Assembly (NCBI GenBank): GCA_030754585.1
Contig: JASMAB010000001.1
Span: 6,523 to 70,522, forward strand
Origin: Nitrososphaerales archaeon
GTDB lineage: Archaea > Thermoproteota > Nitrososphaeria > Nitrososphaerales > JACPRH01
DNA length: 64,000 nucleotides
Reading direction: 5' to 3'
In this document: piece by piece, positions 28,099-37,157 of the stretch
Layout: the number at the start of each line of letters is the position of its first letter
How positions within the stretch are numbered: position 1 is the first letter of the stretch
Translations under genes and position numbers: made by a program
Notes under the pieces: generated by a model
What the model saw: only the letters and a program-made list of their open reading frames with translations
Told to the model about the DNA's origin: nothing
Databases searched by the model: none

Positions 28099-28671
28099 CT
28101 ACTTCACTTTTTCTTTTGAAGAAGTTGTTTTCTCAAGATTTTTGGTTGCCTTCATTTTCTTTTTGGTCGAGGGCACAGATTTCGTTTCAGATAATTTATC
28201 ACCCTGTTTTTCATTTGTTTCTTTCTTTGTTATCACTTCTTTTTTAGGAGTTTCCTTTCCCTTTTCTTTTGAAGTTAGTTTTATGTCAGAATACGCCTCT
28301 TTTTTCTTTGTTGGAGACTTCTTAGGAGGTTTGCTAATAAGAATCGCATTTATCTGGTGAATTTCTTCTGTTATAGTGTTACCACGAACCAATTTTCTTC
28401 GCTTTATTCCTTTCTGGTTTGATCTAAATCCAATACCTTTTGAAAGGAGTACATGCTTCTTAACTCCACCTAAAACATCACTTCTCATTGGAAATCCACC
28501 ATTGTCACTACCGCCAGTTATTGTTAATTTCCCTTCAACATTTACAGAAGACCCATCTATTTCATTACCTATCTTTAAGCCTTTAAAGATTCGGAATTGG
28601 TCATCGTTCAATTCGTACATCGTTGATTTTCCATTTTTTGGATCTGCAACTATTAGTTTTGATTTTGCCAC
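28099..28671 (-). CDS. rps6e: 30S ribosomal protein S6e (eS6) with Lys-rich C-terminal tail
   Basis: 190 aa. The S6e core is ITGGSDNGGFPMRSDVLGGVKKHVLL..RRKLVRGNTI. The tail is K/T/E-rich. Confidence 0.9.
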   Translation of the reverse strand: MAKSKLIVADPKNGKSTMYELNDDQFRIFKGLKIGNEIDGSSVNVEGKLTITGGSDNGGFPMRSDVLGGVKKHVLLSKGIGFRSNQKGIKRRKLVRGNTITEEIHQINAILISKPPKKSPTKKKEAYSDIKLTSKEKGKETPKKEVITKKETNEKQGDKLSETKSVPSTKKKMKATKNLEKTTSSKEKVK

Positions 28672-28865
28672 GTGAAGTCGACCGCATTAATCTATTTATT
28701 CAGCTAATAAGTATTTTTCATTAGTATCTGGTCTGTTAAATCACGATCATAAGAAAAGATGGTGAATGTTAAACAGTAACAGGAGTAGTGAAAAACCTAT
28801 TAGAAATCTCGTATTATTCAGGATACCCAATATAATGATAATCCTCCATATTAATTAAACAAATT

Positions 28866-29738
28866 TTATTTTGTACATGCTAAGACTACGTGGTTAATAG
28901 AATCAGGTAACATAACAGATGTTGCGTAATATGGATGGTACGATGGGGTTTCAATCCAATGATATAGAAGGGCAAGTGCATAAATGTCGAGCGTTGAGGG
29001 GCAAAGGTTTTTTTCTTTAACTTCGCGTACCTCTCTTTCAGAATACATTAGATCATTCTCAATTAAGCTATGTCCCAACCCAAGAACATGTCCTAGTTCA
29101 TGAGTTATCACGTTATGTAATCCCAATAAACTAAGGTTTGACAATGCTATATCAATTCTTGCAGTTCTAATAGAATTGAAACTTGATATCAGTAATTTCG
29201 TTTCTCCTAGTAGCGAGGATGGAAGATTCTTTGCAAAGTTAATTTCAACTTCTGGATTACCTTGCAACAAAGTGTCATTTACACCCTGAATATAAACTGA
29301 AAAAGCTATTTGTTCCAGATATGCATATTCGGGATGGATATTAATGAAATCTGAAATTGATCTTTGCCATTGGTCGATAGCGCTCTTGACTGCATCGACT
29401 ACGAGATAATCAGTGTCGATATTCATTTCTTCTTGGAGATTAATAAGAATCTTAAGATGGGGATAACTCCACGAAACTGCCTTGTTTTCCTCAATAGATA
29501 CTAAATTAATAGACACCGCCTCAGAAGAAGATTGTGGATTTTGGGGAGCAATAGTAGTAATAGAAGTAATTGTTACGGTAGTGGTATTGATTAGGACCGT
29601 TGTGAAAGTTTCAGTGGTTGTATCGGTTATTATCACAATATTAGTGATTGGTTCATAGAGCTGCAGTTGTATTATTACTGGAATACTTATGACTACTATA
29701 GATACAGAAATAAGTAATATAGCAAATCTATTTTTCAA
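28866..29738 (-). CDS. membrane-anchored matrixin-like zinc metalloprotease (metzincin, M10-like)
   Basis: 290 aa. It has an N-terminal TM helix, a Thr-rich stalk, the motif HELGHVLGLGHS (HExxHxxGxxH) and a downstream Met-turn candidate DLMY. Confidence 0.8.
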   Translation of the reverse strand: MKNRFAILLISVSIVVISIPVIIQLQLYEPITNIVIITDTTTETFTTVLINTTTVTITSITTIAPQNPQSSSEAVSINLVSIEENKAVSWSYPHLKILINLQEEMNIDTDYLVVDAVKSAIDQWQRSISDFINIHPEYAYLEQIAFSVYIQGVNDTLLQGNPEVEINFAKNLPSSLLGETKLLISSFNSIRTARIDIALSNLSLLGLHNVITHELGHVLGLGHSLIENDLMYSEREVREVKEKNLCPSTLDIYALALLYHWIETPSYHPYYATSVMLPDSINHVVLACTK

Positions 29739-30138
29739 AATGTTAAACAGTCTAGTATCAAATAAAATTAATAACTTTTACCATAATAATTTGTTGCTGC
29801 GGTTTAGTGATGGTTTGAGTAATTTCGTTTCATTGATTATCAATAATTGGTGAAACAATATTATTTTTTACAACTGTAATTACCTCTTGATGACTTGTAA
29901 TTATCTGAGTCAAACCCTGTTCTGACTTATTTCCGTACCCTGCTGTTGTAGAAGCGAAAGATAACGATACAATATATTGTGGAAGGAAACTCTTGAGGAT
30001 GATAATTCCCCCCAATAACTATCGTCTGAAGCAAACCATCAAACTTGAATGTAAGTTACAAGATATAATTTAAACATAGGATAATAGGTGGTTTAAGGGG
30101 GTATTGAACGTTATGAGGTGTGTTTCTTGACTGTGGTT

Positions 30139-31026
30139 ATGGGTGCCAAAGAACTTTTTCATCAGCTTTTAGATGAAATTAAACAAGATGTGAAGATTTT
30201 GCAAGAAGAGAAGGATGTAACTCCTGGATTAGCTGCAATTCTTGTAGGAGATGACCCTGTTTCTCAGGTCTATGTATCATTAAAAGAGAAAGATTGTGGA
30301 AAAGTAGGTATAAAGTCTACAGTGTACAAGATGTTTGATTATCCCCCAAAGACAAGGAAAAAGAAAGTGTTAGATCTTATCAGGAAGTTAAACAATGATC
30401 CCGAAACACATGGGATACTTATCCAATTACCTTTTCCAGATTTCGTTGATAAAGAGAAAATCTTTGAAACGCTTTCTCCACAAAAGGATGCAGATGGACT
30501 TACACCACACAATATGGGAAAGCTTCTTCTTGGCGAATATAGTGCAAAAAACAGTCTAATACCTTGTACTCCAAAAGGATCTATGGCAATATTAGATCAC
30601 TTCGGAATTGATGTAGCTGGAAAAGACGCAATCATTGTTGGTCGAAGTACCCTTGTGGGGGAACCTCTCCGGAAACTACTGCAAGATAGAAACGCAACTG
30701 TTACTTGTACTCATAGAAAGACCAAAAACCTAGTTGAGAGACTAAGGAAAGCAGACATTATTGTAGCTGCTGCTGGAAGGCCTCCAGAATTATATCAAGA
30801 AAATGCCTTCCGACTTTCGGCTGATATGGTGAAGGAAGGAGTAATTGTGATCAGTATTGGGGTAAGGAGAGATCCAGCCACAAGCAAACTTGTATTTGAT
30901 GTTGACTTTGAAGATGTGAAAGATAAGGCGGGGTATATAACTCCAAATACAGGAAGTACAGGCATCATGACAAGAGGTATGCTTCTTAAAAATACGATAA
31001 GCGCAGCAAAGAATCTCATAAGTTAA
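30139..31026 (+). CDS. folD: bifunctional methylenetetrahydrofolate dehydrogenase/cyclohydrolase
   Basis: FolD motifs are present (LAAILVGDDPVSQVYV, HGILIQLP, VVGRSTLVGEPL, GPMT-like GIMT). The ATG at 30139 is preferred over the GTG at 30118. Confidence 0.9.
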   Translation: MGAKELFHQLLDEIKQDVKILQEEKDVTPGLAAILVGDDPVSQVYVSLKEKDCGKVGIKSTVYKMFDYPPKTRKKKVLDLIRKLNNDPETHGILIQLPFPDFVDKEKIFETLSPQKDADGLTPHNMGKLLLGEYSAKNSLIPCTPKGSMAILDHFGIDVAGKDAIIVGRSTLVGEPLRKLLQDRNATVTCTHRKTKNLVERLRKADIIVAAAGRPPELYQENAFRLSADMVKEGVIVISIGVRRDPATSKLVFDVDFEDVKDKAGYITPNTGSTGIMTRGMLLKNTISAAKNLIS

Positions 31027-32822
31027 AAAGCATATAATGGGTTAATTTGCCTCTTAATCTCCACTATCCTATTCAGTGTCTCAACTTCATTCGTTGTTAA
31101 TCTAACGGAGAATTTTCCTTGAAGAAATTTCGCCTCATCACTTTTGGGAACTGTAAAAAGATCATCTCCTTCATGGATATGTCTGTCTATGATTGGTTCA
31201 CTCATTGATACTGCTACTTCAGATCCTTGTGGAGCCTCATCTATGTTTTCTCCCTTATCCTGAAGTTGCCTAATGGTCCCAACATTTTTTCCTTTAGAAT
31301 TCATCACCTCGGATTTCTGCCTCAATCTTCCAGCTAAGACTTCTACACCGAAGACAGCTGGATCACTTCGGCGAAATATATATCCCTTCATCACTTTGAA
31401 GTAACAAGGAGGAGTTAAAGAGGTGAACACGCCTCTTTCAGTTGATTCTCTCTCTGATTCAACCCAGCTTGAGTAATCTTCAATTATGCTATATATTACG
31501 GGGTTCGAGAAGACTTTAATATTTTTATTTTCTATCTCCGTCTCGGCATCTGGGAGAATTTTTACATTAAAAGCTAGTACCACACCATGATAAAGATCTT
31601 TATCAGCCACTGCCTTTGCTTCTACAACATCACGTCTAGAAACAGGTCCTATGTCAGCTATCCTAATAGGTACATTTCTTTGCCTCAACATTTCAACAAG
31701 AGCTTCTAGACTACCAAGAGTATCTGCCCTCAAAACTATTCCACTTTGGTCAGTATTGATAAACGCCCGATGAATCTCGCCAAAAACAACTTTTGTCAGA
31801 TCCTCAACGTTATCATGCGACTCAACTCCAATAAAAGGAGACCCAGGTAATACTCCATCTAGATCAGGTGTGATAATTTTCACACCTGAAGCAGCCCCTA
31901 CCTCTTTTACTGATGAAAACTTGTCCCTTGGATCTCTCATTTCGTCCAAAGGTTTAGGCATGAACATAGCCTTTAGGTGAGTTACTATTGCTTCGTCACG
32001 CTTACCCATAACGATTTTATCGCCAATTTTCAGGACACCATCTAATAGAACCACATTGGCAGTTGCCCCAAGACCAGGTTCCTCCTTTATTTCCAGTACA
32101 ATTCCACGGGGTTTCCCTTTGGAGATCTTTAGTCGTTTTTCCAAATATTGTTGAGTCAATCCTACCAGAACTGCAAGAAGCTCAGGAATACCTTCACCTG
32201 TTCTTGCACTGACAGGAACAATAGCTATTTCTCTTTTGAAATCTTTTATTCGATAGAATGCTTCGGATTCAAAACCTTGTTCTGAGAGGGTTCCCATAAC
32301 TGTATAAACCCGGTTATCTATTTCATCTATAACAGATTTAGATTGGTTTTTCAGTGATTTGCCTATGAAAATATCGGCTCCTGGACGCCAACCAGATATC
32401 ATATCTGTTTTGTTTAGTGCCAGAACAAATGGGACTTTTCTATTCTTGAGAATGTCTATACTTTCAAAGGTTTGAACTTCGAACCCTCGAGCGGAGTCCA
32501 CTACTAAAATAGCTATATCTGCCGCTGAACCCCCTCTACTCCTAAGGTTGGTAAAGACTTCATGGCCTGGGGTGTCTATAACGAGAAGTCCCGGAACTGC
32601 AATTTCTCCACCTACCTGTTTAAGGAGAGACCCACATACATCTTTGAGAGTCTGTGTAGGTAAGAAGCTTGCACCGATATGTTGTGTAATTCCTCCAGCT
32701 TCGCGAAATTGTACACCTGTTCCCCTTATCTTATCTAACAATGAGGTTTTCCCTGAATCTACGTGCCCAAGGACTACTACAACCGGTTGCCTGATCTCTT
32801 TATTCAATTGATTCACTTTCAA
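31023..32822 (-). CDS. infB: translation initiation factor aIF5B (IF-2)
   Basis: 599 aa. Motifs VLGHVDSGKTSLLD, DTPGHE and NKTD. The domain order is typical of aIF5B. Confidence 0.95.
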   Translation of the reverse strand: MKVNQLNKEIRQPVVVVLGHVDSGKTSLLDKIRGTGVQFREAGGITQHIGASFLPTQTLKDVCGSLLKQVGGEIAVPGLLVIDTPGHEVFTNLRSRGGSAADIAILVVDSARGFEVQTFESIDILKNRKVPFVLALNKTDMISGWRPGADIFIGKSLKNQSKSVIDEIDNRVYTVMGTLSEQGFESEAFYRIKDFKREIAIVPVSARTGEGIPELLAVLVGLTQQYLEKRLKISKGKPRGIVLEIKEEPGLGATANVVLLDGVLKIGDKIVMGKRDEAIVTHLKAMFMPKPLDEMRDPRDKFSSVKEVGAASGVKIITPDLDGVLPGSPFIGVESHDNVEDLTKVVFGEIHRAFINTDQSGIVLRADTLGSLEALVEMLRQRNVPIRIADIGPVSRRDVVEAKAVADKDLYHGVVLAFNVKILPDAETEIENKNIKVFSNPVIYSIIEDYSSWVESERESTERGVFTSLTPPCYFKVMKGYIFRRSDPAVFGVEVLAGRLRQKSEVMNSKGKNVGTIRQLQDKGENIDEAPQGSEVAVSMSEPIIDRHIHEGDDLFTVPKSDEAKFLQGKFSVRLTTNEVETLNRIVEIKRQINPLYAF

Positions 32823-32930
32823 ATATGGTAACGATAAGATATTTTGTAGGGGTATAAAAGATATAGATTAAATCTTGTTAATTTTTTCAAAAAATATGTT
32901 ATATGTATTGTGAGAAAATATTGTGAATGT

Positions 32931-33326
32931 CTAGAAAATTATTTTAGATTCTCTTTCAAAACTTTCTTTTGAGTCTGAGGCATGTATGATATTTTCTGTT
33001 AGCCCGAGCCCATAGTCTCCACGGATAGTACCAGGTGCAGCTTCATATGATTTTGTAGATCCAATCATTTTTCGCACAACCTCGATTGCAGTGCTCCCTT
33101 CCAGTATTACTGCAACAACTGGACCTGATATTATGAATAGAACTAAGTTGGAAAAGAAGCTTTTTTCGCGGTGGGGTAAATAGAGTTCTTCAGCTTGTTC
33201 TTTTGTAAAGTTGAACATTTTCATCTTTAAAATATTAAACTCTTTTTTTTCGAATCTAGATAAAATATCGCCAACCAGCTTCTGTTCAACACCGTCAGGT
33301 TTTATGACGATAAGAGTCTGTTCCAA
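32931..33326 (-). CDS. ndk: nucleoside-diphosphate kinase
   Basis: 131 aa. Motifs TLIVIKPDGV and the active-site His in NIIHASDS. Confidence 0.9.
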   Translation of the reverse strand: MEQTLIVIKPDGVEQKLVGDILSRFEKKEFNILKMKMFNFTKEQAEELYLPHREKSFFSNLVLFIISGPVVAVILEGSTAIEVVRKMIGSTKSYEAAPGTIRGDYGLGLTENIIHASDSKESFERESKIIF

Positions 33327-33328
33327 TC

Positions 33329-33523
33329 TTATTTCTTACTCTGAGGTTTTATGTAAGATTTAGTCCATTTATATTTTCGAGGATCTCTCTTTAACTTAAG
33401 ACTGTTTTTCCTGCATTTGGATGAGCAAAAATGTTGGGTTACTCCGTCATTTCTTATGTAGGTTTGGCCATGAGATGGAGAGATATCTACCCCACAGAAG
33501 GCACATTTTTTTTCGCTGAACAT
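33329..33523 (-). CDS. rpl24e: 50S ribosomal protein L24e (eL24)
   Basis: 64 aa with CAFCGVDISPSHGQTYIRNDGVTQHFCSSKC. Confidence 0.9.
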   Translation of the reverse strand: MFSEKKCAFCGVDISPSHGQTYIRNDGVTQHFCSSKCRKNSLKLKRDPRKYKWTKSYIKPQSKK

Positions 33524-33532
33524 TCTTTGGAC

Positions 33533-33739
33533 CTATTTTATCTTTTTAGCTTCGCGCTCTGTTTCTCTCAACATTAGAATATCTTCCATGCGGATTGGTC
33601 CTTTCACATTCCTAGTTAGAATTCTACCTTTTTCTGTTCCTTCAAGGAGTTTAACACGAACCTGGGTTATTTCACCAGCTACACCAGTTCTTCCAACAAT
33701 CTGTATTACTTCAGCTGGAGTTATTCGCTCCTCAGACAT
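33533..33739 (-). CDS. rps28e: 30S ribosomal protein S28e (eS28)
   Basis: 68 aa with [36 protein letters not shown]. Confidence 0.9.
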   Translation of the reverse strand: MSEERITPAEVIQIVGRTGVAGEITQVRVKLLEGTEKGRILTRNVKGPIRMEDILMLRETEREAKKIK

Positions 33740-33760
33740 TCTTGAGATCGCTTCCTACAG

Positions 33761-34135
33761 TTAACCGTTTCTGGTCTTCTTGATACCAGTTATTATTTGT
33801 TCTATGAGACCTTCTGATTCACCGGGTTCAATAATGCAAGCCGCAGCTGCACCTAAATCTATGCCCAATGCCGGACCCATCTGAGATCTAGTAGGGACAT
33901 AAATGTAAGGTATACTTCTTTCGTCACAGAGAATAGGTAAATGAGCCACTACTTCTGGTGGTTCAATGTCCTCAGCAATAATAACGAGTTTAGCTAGGTT
34001 GCGCTCTATTGCCTTTGTAGTTTCATTGGTGCCTTTTCGGACCTTACCGGTCTGCTTGGCCTGTCTTAATGCTTCATATCCTGCTTCAGATATCTCTTTT
34101 GGTGTTTCAAACTTTACAAAGAATGGTTTTGACAT
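33761..34135 (-). CDS. rpl7ae: 50S ribosomal protein L7Ae (K-turn binding protein)
   Basis: 124 aa with KGTNETTKAIERNLAKLVIIAEDIEPPEVVAHLPILC. Confidence 0.95.
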   Translation of the reverse strand: MSKPFFVKFETPKEISEAGYEALRQAKQTGKVRKGTNETTKAIERNLAKLVIIAEDIEPPEVVAHLPILCDERSIPYIYVPTRSQMGPALGIDLGAAAACIIEPGESEGLIEQIITGIKKTRNG

Positions 34136-34274
34136 TAATTTATTACCCTCACAATATTTGACAAAATTTCTCTTTTCATTGGGTTCATCCGCTTATCACC
34201 ATTGCGACTTGTCGATACTTATCCGGTAATTAAAGCTTATCTACACAAAAACAGATAATGAAAATGATATAATA

Positions 34275-34412
34275 TTACCAACCATGCGATATTCTATTTC
34301 TTAGCTGGTCCAGAGTAGGAGTAGGGTATTTCTTTGCATTACATCTTTTTCTTCGTTTATGTTTAGCTAAGTTTTTCACCATCTTGCCACACACACCACA
34401 TATTGGCATCAT
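34275..34412 (-). CDS. candidate small basic Cys-containing protein (45 aa), below the ORF-track cutoff
   Basis: My own translation of the minus strand gives MMPICGVCGKMVKNLAKHKRRKRCNAKKYPTPTLDQLRNRISHGW. It lies in an otherwise empty gap between rpl7ae and the tRNA. Confidence 0.3.
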   Translation of the reverse strand: MMPICGVCGKMVKNLAKHKRRKRCNAKKYPTPTLDQLRNRISHGW

Positions 34413-34490
34413 TAACACTTGAGTACACAAGACATCTTTAGTATAAGGATTTTTTTTATTTCCAGTAATAAAAAAATCTGTGTTCTTATT

Positions 34491-34496
34491 AAAAAA
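34491..34496 (-). terminator. oligo-T stretch immediately after tRNA-Arg
   Basis: The plus strand reads AAAAAA, which is TTTTTT on the tRNA strand directly after the discriminator base. Archaeal terminators are oligo-T tracts. Confidence 0.45.
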
Positions 34497-34601
34497 CGGG
34501 CCCGGAGGGATTCGAACCCTCGACCCCCGGCTTAGAGGGCCGGTGCTTTGAACCAGATGATAATATTCTTCATCGGCCTATCCATACTGAGCTACGGGCC
34601 C
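34497..34601 (-). tRNA. tRNA-Arg(UCU) with a 30-nt intron in the D-arm (non-canonical position)
   Basis: The reverse complement folds as GGGCCCG TA GCTC AGTATGGATA G[30-nt insert]AGC A CCGGC CCTCTAA GCCGG GGGTC GAGGG TTCGAAT CCCTC CGGGCCC G. No CCA is encoded. A T6 run follows the 3' end. Confidence 0.8.
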
Positions 34602-34797
34602 AGCTGCCTGATTATAACATTGCTTTTTTAGAGTTTTGGTTTGAAACACCTCCTTTTAAAAAGGAAAACGTGCTATCTAACCCTTCTACAGTCAATCAAA
34701 TCTAGACAATAATACTTTGTATTTCTTCAAGATTAATCCATAGTTTTTCACTGGATATACTAACTGAGATTTAGCCAAGAAAAAGAAAATAACATCC

Positions 34798-36189
34798 TTG
34801 CCCAAAGCAATGGTAATGGTCAATCGTAAGAGATTATTCGGCACTAGCGGAATAAGAGGAATTCCTGGCAAAGATTTGACATTAGATGTTATAACCGAAC
34901 TAAGTCAAGCGATTGGAACTTTCTTTAAAGAAGGCCCGGCTCTTGTAGGATATGATGGAAGAGATTCCAGCCCCGCAATTTCGAAAGCTGTTACAGCAGG
35001 ATTGATGAGTGTTGGTTTAGATGTTGGGGAATCAGAATTGCTTCCAACTCCCGCACTTCAATTCTATGTTAGAAAAATGGAGTACAAAGTGGGGGTAATG
35101 ATAACTGCGTCACATAATCCCTCAAGATACAATGGTGTAAAAGTTTCAGGTGCCGATGGAATAGACGTAACTCGTGACGAAGAAAAGATTATTGAAGATA
35201 TTTTTTATAAAAAAAAGTTTAACTTAGCAGATTGGAAATCTGTAGGTACCTCAGTCAAGGAGACACAGGCAGTATCATTCTACATAGATGGAATAATATC
35301 AGTCATCAACAAGGACAAGATACAAGAAAAGAACTTCCAAGTAATAGTTGATCCAGGTAATGGAGCCCAATGTATTTCAGCACCTTATCTGCTTGAGAAG
35401 CTAAATTGCAGACCAATATCACTCAATGCTGAAGTAGATGGAACATTCCCTGGAAGAGGTGCCGAACCAACTCCTGAAGTGTTGAATAGCCTATCAGAGA
35501 CCGTTAAGAATAATGGAGCAGATATGGGTGTAGCATATGATGGGGATGGTGATAGAAGTCTCTTTTGTGATGAAAAAGGAGTTGTTCACTACGGAGATCG
35601 GTCAGCGGCATTACTTGTTGAATACATTCTTTCTGAAAATCCTGGCGCAACGATAGTAACCACAGTAAGTGCTTCCAAAGCTATAGACGATATAGTGAAT
35701 GAACATAAGGCCAAGATTTACAAAACAAAAGTAGGAAGCGTGGATGTCTCAAATGCTATGATTGAACAGGATGCTCTATTCGGTTTAGAAGAGAACGGCG
35801 GATGCTTCTATGCGCCGCACATCCCTGTAAGAGATGGAGCTATGTCCACAGCACTAATTCTCGAAGCTTTGGCAAAGAGTAAGAGTTCTCTTTCTGAGAT
35901 GCTAAGTAGCCTCCCTAAATATTTTCAAAAGAAGTCCAAGTTTGATTGTGTAAAAGAGTTAATGCCGCAATTAATGGAGAATATTGAGGGACAAATAAAT
36001 GCAGATGTAGAACGAATTGATGGACTGAAAATATGGGAAGATAACAATTCTTGGATACTTCTAAGACCAAGTGGCACTGAGCCTGTAATCAGAGTATTTG
36101 CGGAATCGAACCAAGAATCCAAACTGAAAAAAATGATAGATGAATATTCAAATTTAGTTAAAGATGTTCTCAACCGTTATAATAATTAG
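34798..36189 (+). CDS. phosphohexomutase (phosphoglucosamine/phosphomanno/phosphoglucomutase family), paralogue 1
   Basis: 463 aa. It has the active-site loop TASHNP, the metal loop DGDGDR and the sugar loop EENGG. The true start is probably at an internal Met (MVMVNRKRLFGTSGIRG). Confidence 0.85.
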   Translation: MPKAMVMVNRKRLFGTSGIRGIPGKDLTLDVITELSQAIGTFFKEGPALVGYDGRDSSPAISKAVTAGLMSVGLDVGESELLPTPALQFYVRKMEYKVGVMITASHNPSRYNGVKVSGADGIDVTRDEEKIIEDIFYKKKFNLADWKSVGTSVKETQAVSFYIDGIISVINKDKIQEKNFQVIVDPGNGAQCISAPYLLEKLNCRPISLNAEVDGTFPGRGAEPTPEVLNSLSETVKNNGADMGVAYDGDGDRSLFCDEKGVVHYGDRSAALLVEYILSENPGATIVTTVSASKAIDDIVNEHKAKIYKTKVGSVDVSNAMIEQDALFGLEENGGCFYAPHIPVRDGAMSTALILEALAKSKSSLSEMLSSLPKYFQKKSKFDCVKELMPQLMENIEGQINADVERIDGLKIWEDNNSWILLRPSGTEPVIRVFAESNQESKLKKMIDEYSNLVKDVLNRYNN

Positions 36190-37157
36190 GATAGGTGAAC
36201 CCAGCCTTTTCGATCAATTTTATGCTTACTCTCACCATCATCAAACAGAATTTGGGTAGTATCATTGGTCACCTTTCCAATCTCAATAAGTGGAAAACCG
36301 ATATTCGAAGCTACTCGTTGAGCAATTGACCATTTTTCTTTAGGAATTGTTGCTACAATCTCATATTCCTCACCTCCATGGAATATGATATCTTTCACAT
36401 CTAATCCGACCTTATCTATAGTATCAATCATACTCTTGTCGGCAGGCATTTTCGAAACCTCAAAACCAACTTCACTAACTTCCGCTAATTGATGTAATGA
36501 TAATGCTAACCCATCACTTGAATCTATGGATGATGAAAAAATACTGTGTTCTCCTAAAGCTAATGCAAGTTTTAATTTTGGAGTAGGTAGAAGAATTGAT
36601 GAGATTGCCTTCTGCTTAATCTTACCAGTAATATTCAAGCTTTCTTGAAGCACCTTAAGCCCTAGAGGAGGATATCCAAAGAAACCAGTTACGACAAGCT
36701 TATCTCCTGGAACAGCACCATTTCGTCTAACAATTTTATTGGAGAACCCAATCATACAACAATCTATGATAAGGTCGTCAGCCTCATTTGTGTCTCCTCC
36801 AATTATGTCTAAGTTGTATTCATCAGTAGCTTTCTTAAAACCATTAGCAAGTTGATTTATTTCTTTTCGAGTTGCACTATTTGGAATACCGAGTGAAAGA
36901 AGTGATGCTTTTGGTTGAACACCTTTTGCTGCAAAGTCACTCACACACCCAATTATACTCTTTCTGGCTATCTGCCAAGTTTTCATACCTTGGGGTGCAT
37001 CAGTTTTTCTAACCAGCATATCTGTCGAAATAATTAATTTGCCTTTTTCAGTTGGAAGTACCGATACATCGTCTCCCATCTTCGAGGATGAATAAGAGAG
37101 AGAACCTACTTTTTTTAGGAGAATGTTAATTATTTCTTGTTCGTCAGGTTTATTCAA
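36186..37157 (-). CDS. thiL: thiamine-monophosphate kinase
   Basis: 323 aa with the AIR-synthase-like fold. Motifs GDDVSVL, STDMLV, VSDFAAKGVQP and IIGGDT. Confidence 0.8.
   Translation of the reverse strand: MNKPDEQEIINILLKKVGSLSYSSSKMGDDVSVLPTEKGKLIISTDMLVRKTDAPQGMKTWQIARKSIIGCVSDFAAKGVQPKASLLSLGIPNSATRKEINQLANGFKKATDEYNLDIIGGDTNEADDLIIDCCMIGFSNKIVRRNGAVPGDKLVVTGFFGYPPLGLKVLQESLNITGKIKQKAISSILLPTPKLKLALALGEHSIFSSSIDSSDGLALSLHQLAEVSEVGFEVSKMPADKSMIDTIDKVGLDVKDIIFHGGEEYEIVATIPKEKWSIAQRVASNIGFPLIEIGKVTNDTTQILFDDGESKHKIDRKGWVHLS

Noticed and set aside
29830-30015. A 61-aa minus-strand ORF (TTG start) between the matrixin gene and folD, with a hydrophobic N-terminus.
   Set aside because: It could be a small secreted protein. 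However, it has a TTG start, no motif, and no supporting evidence I can extract. It is not reported as a feature.
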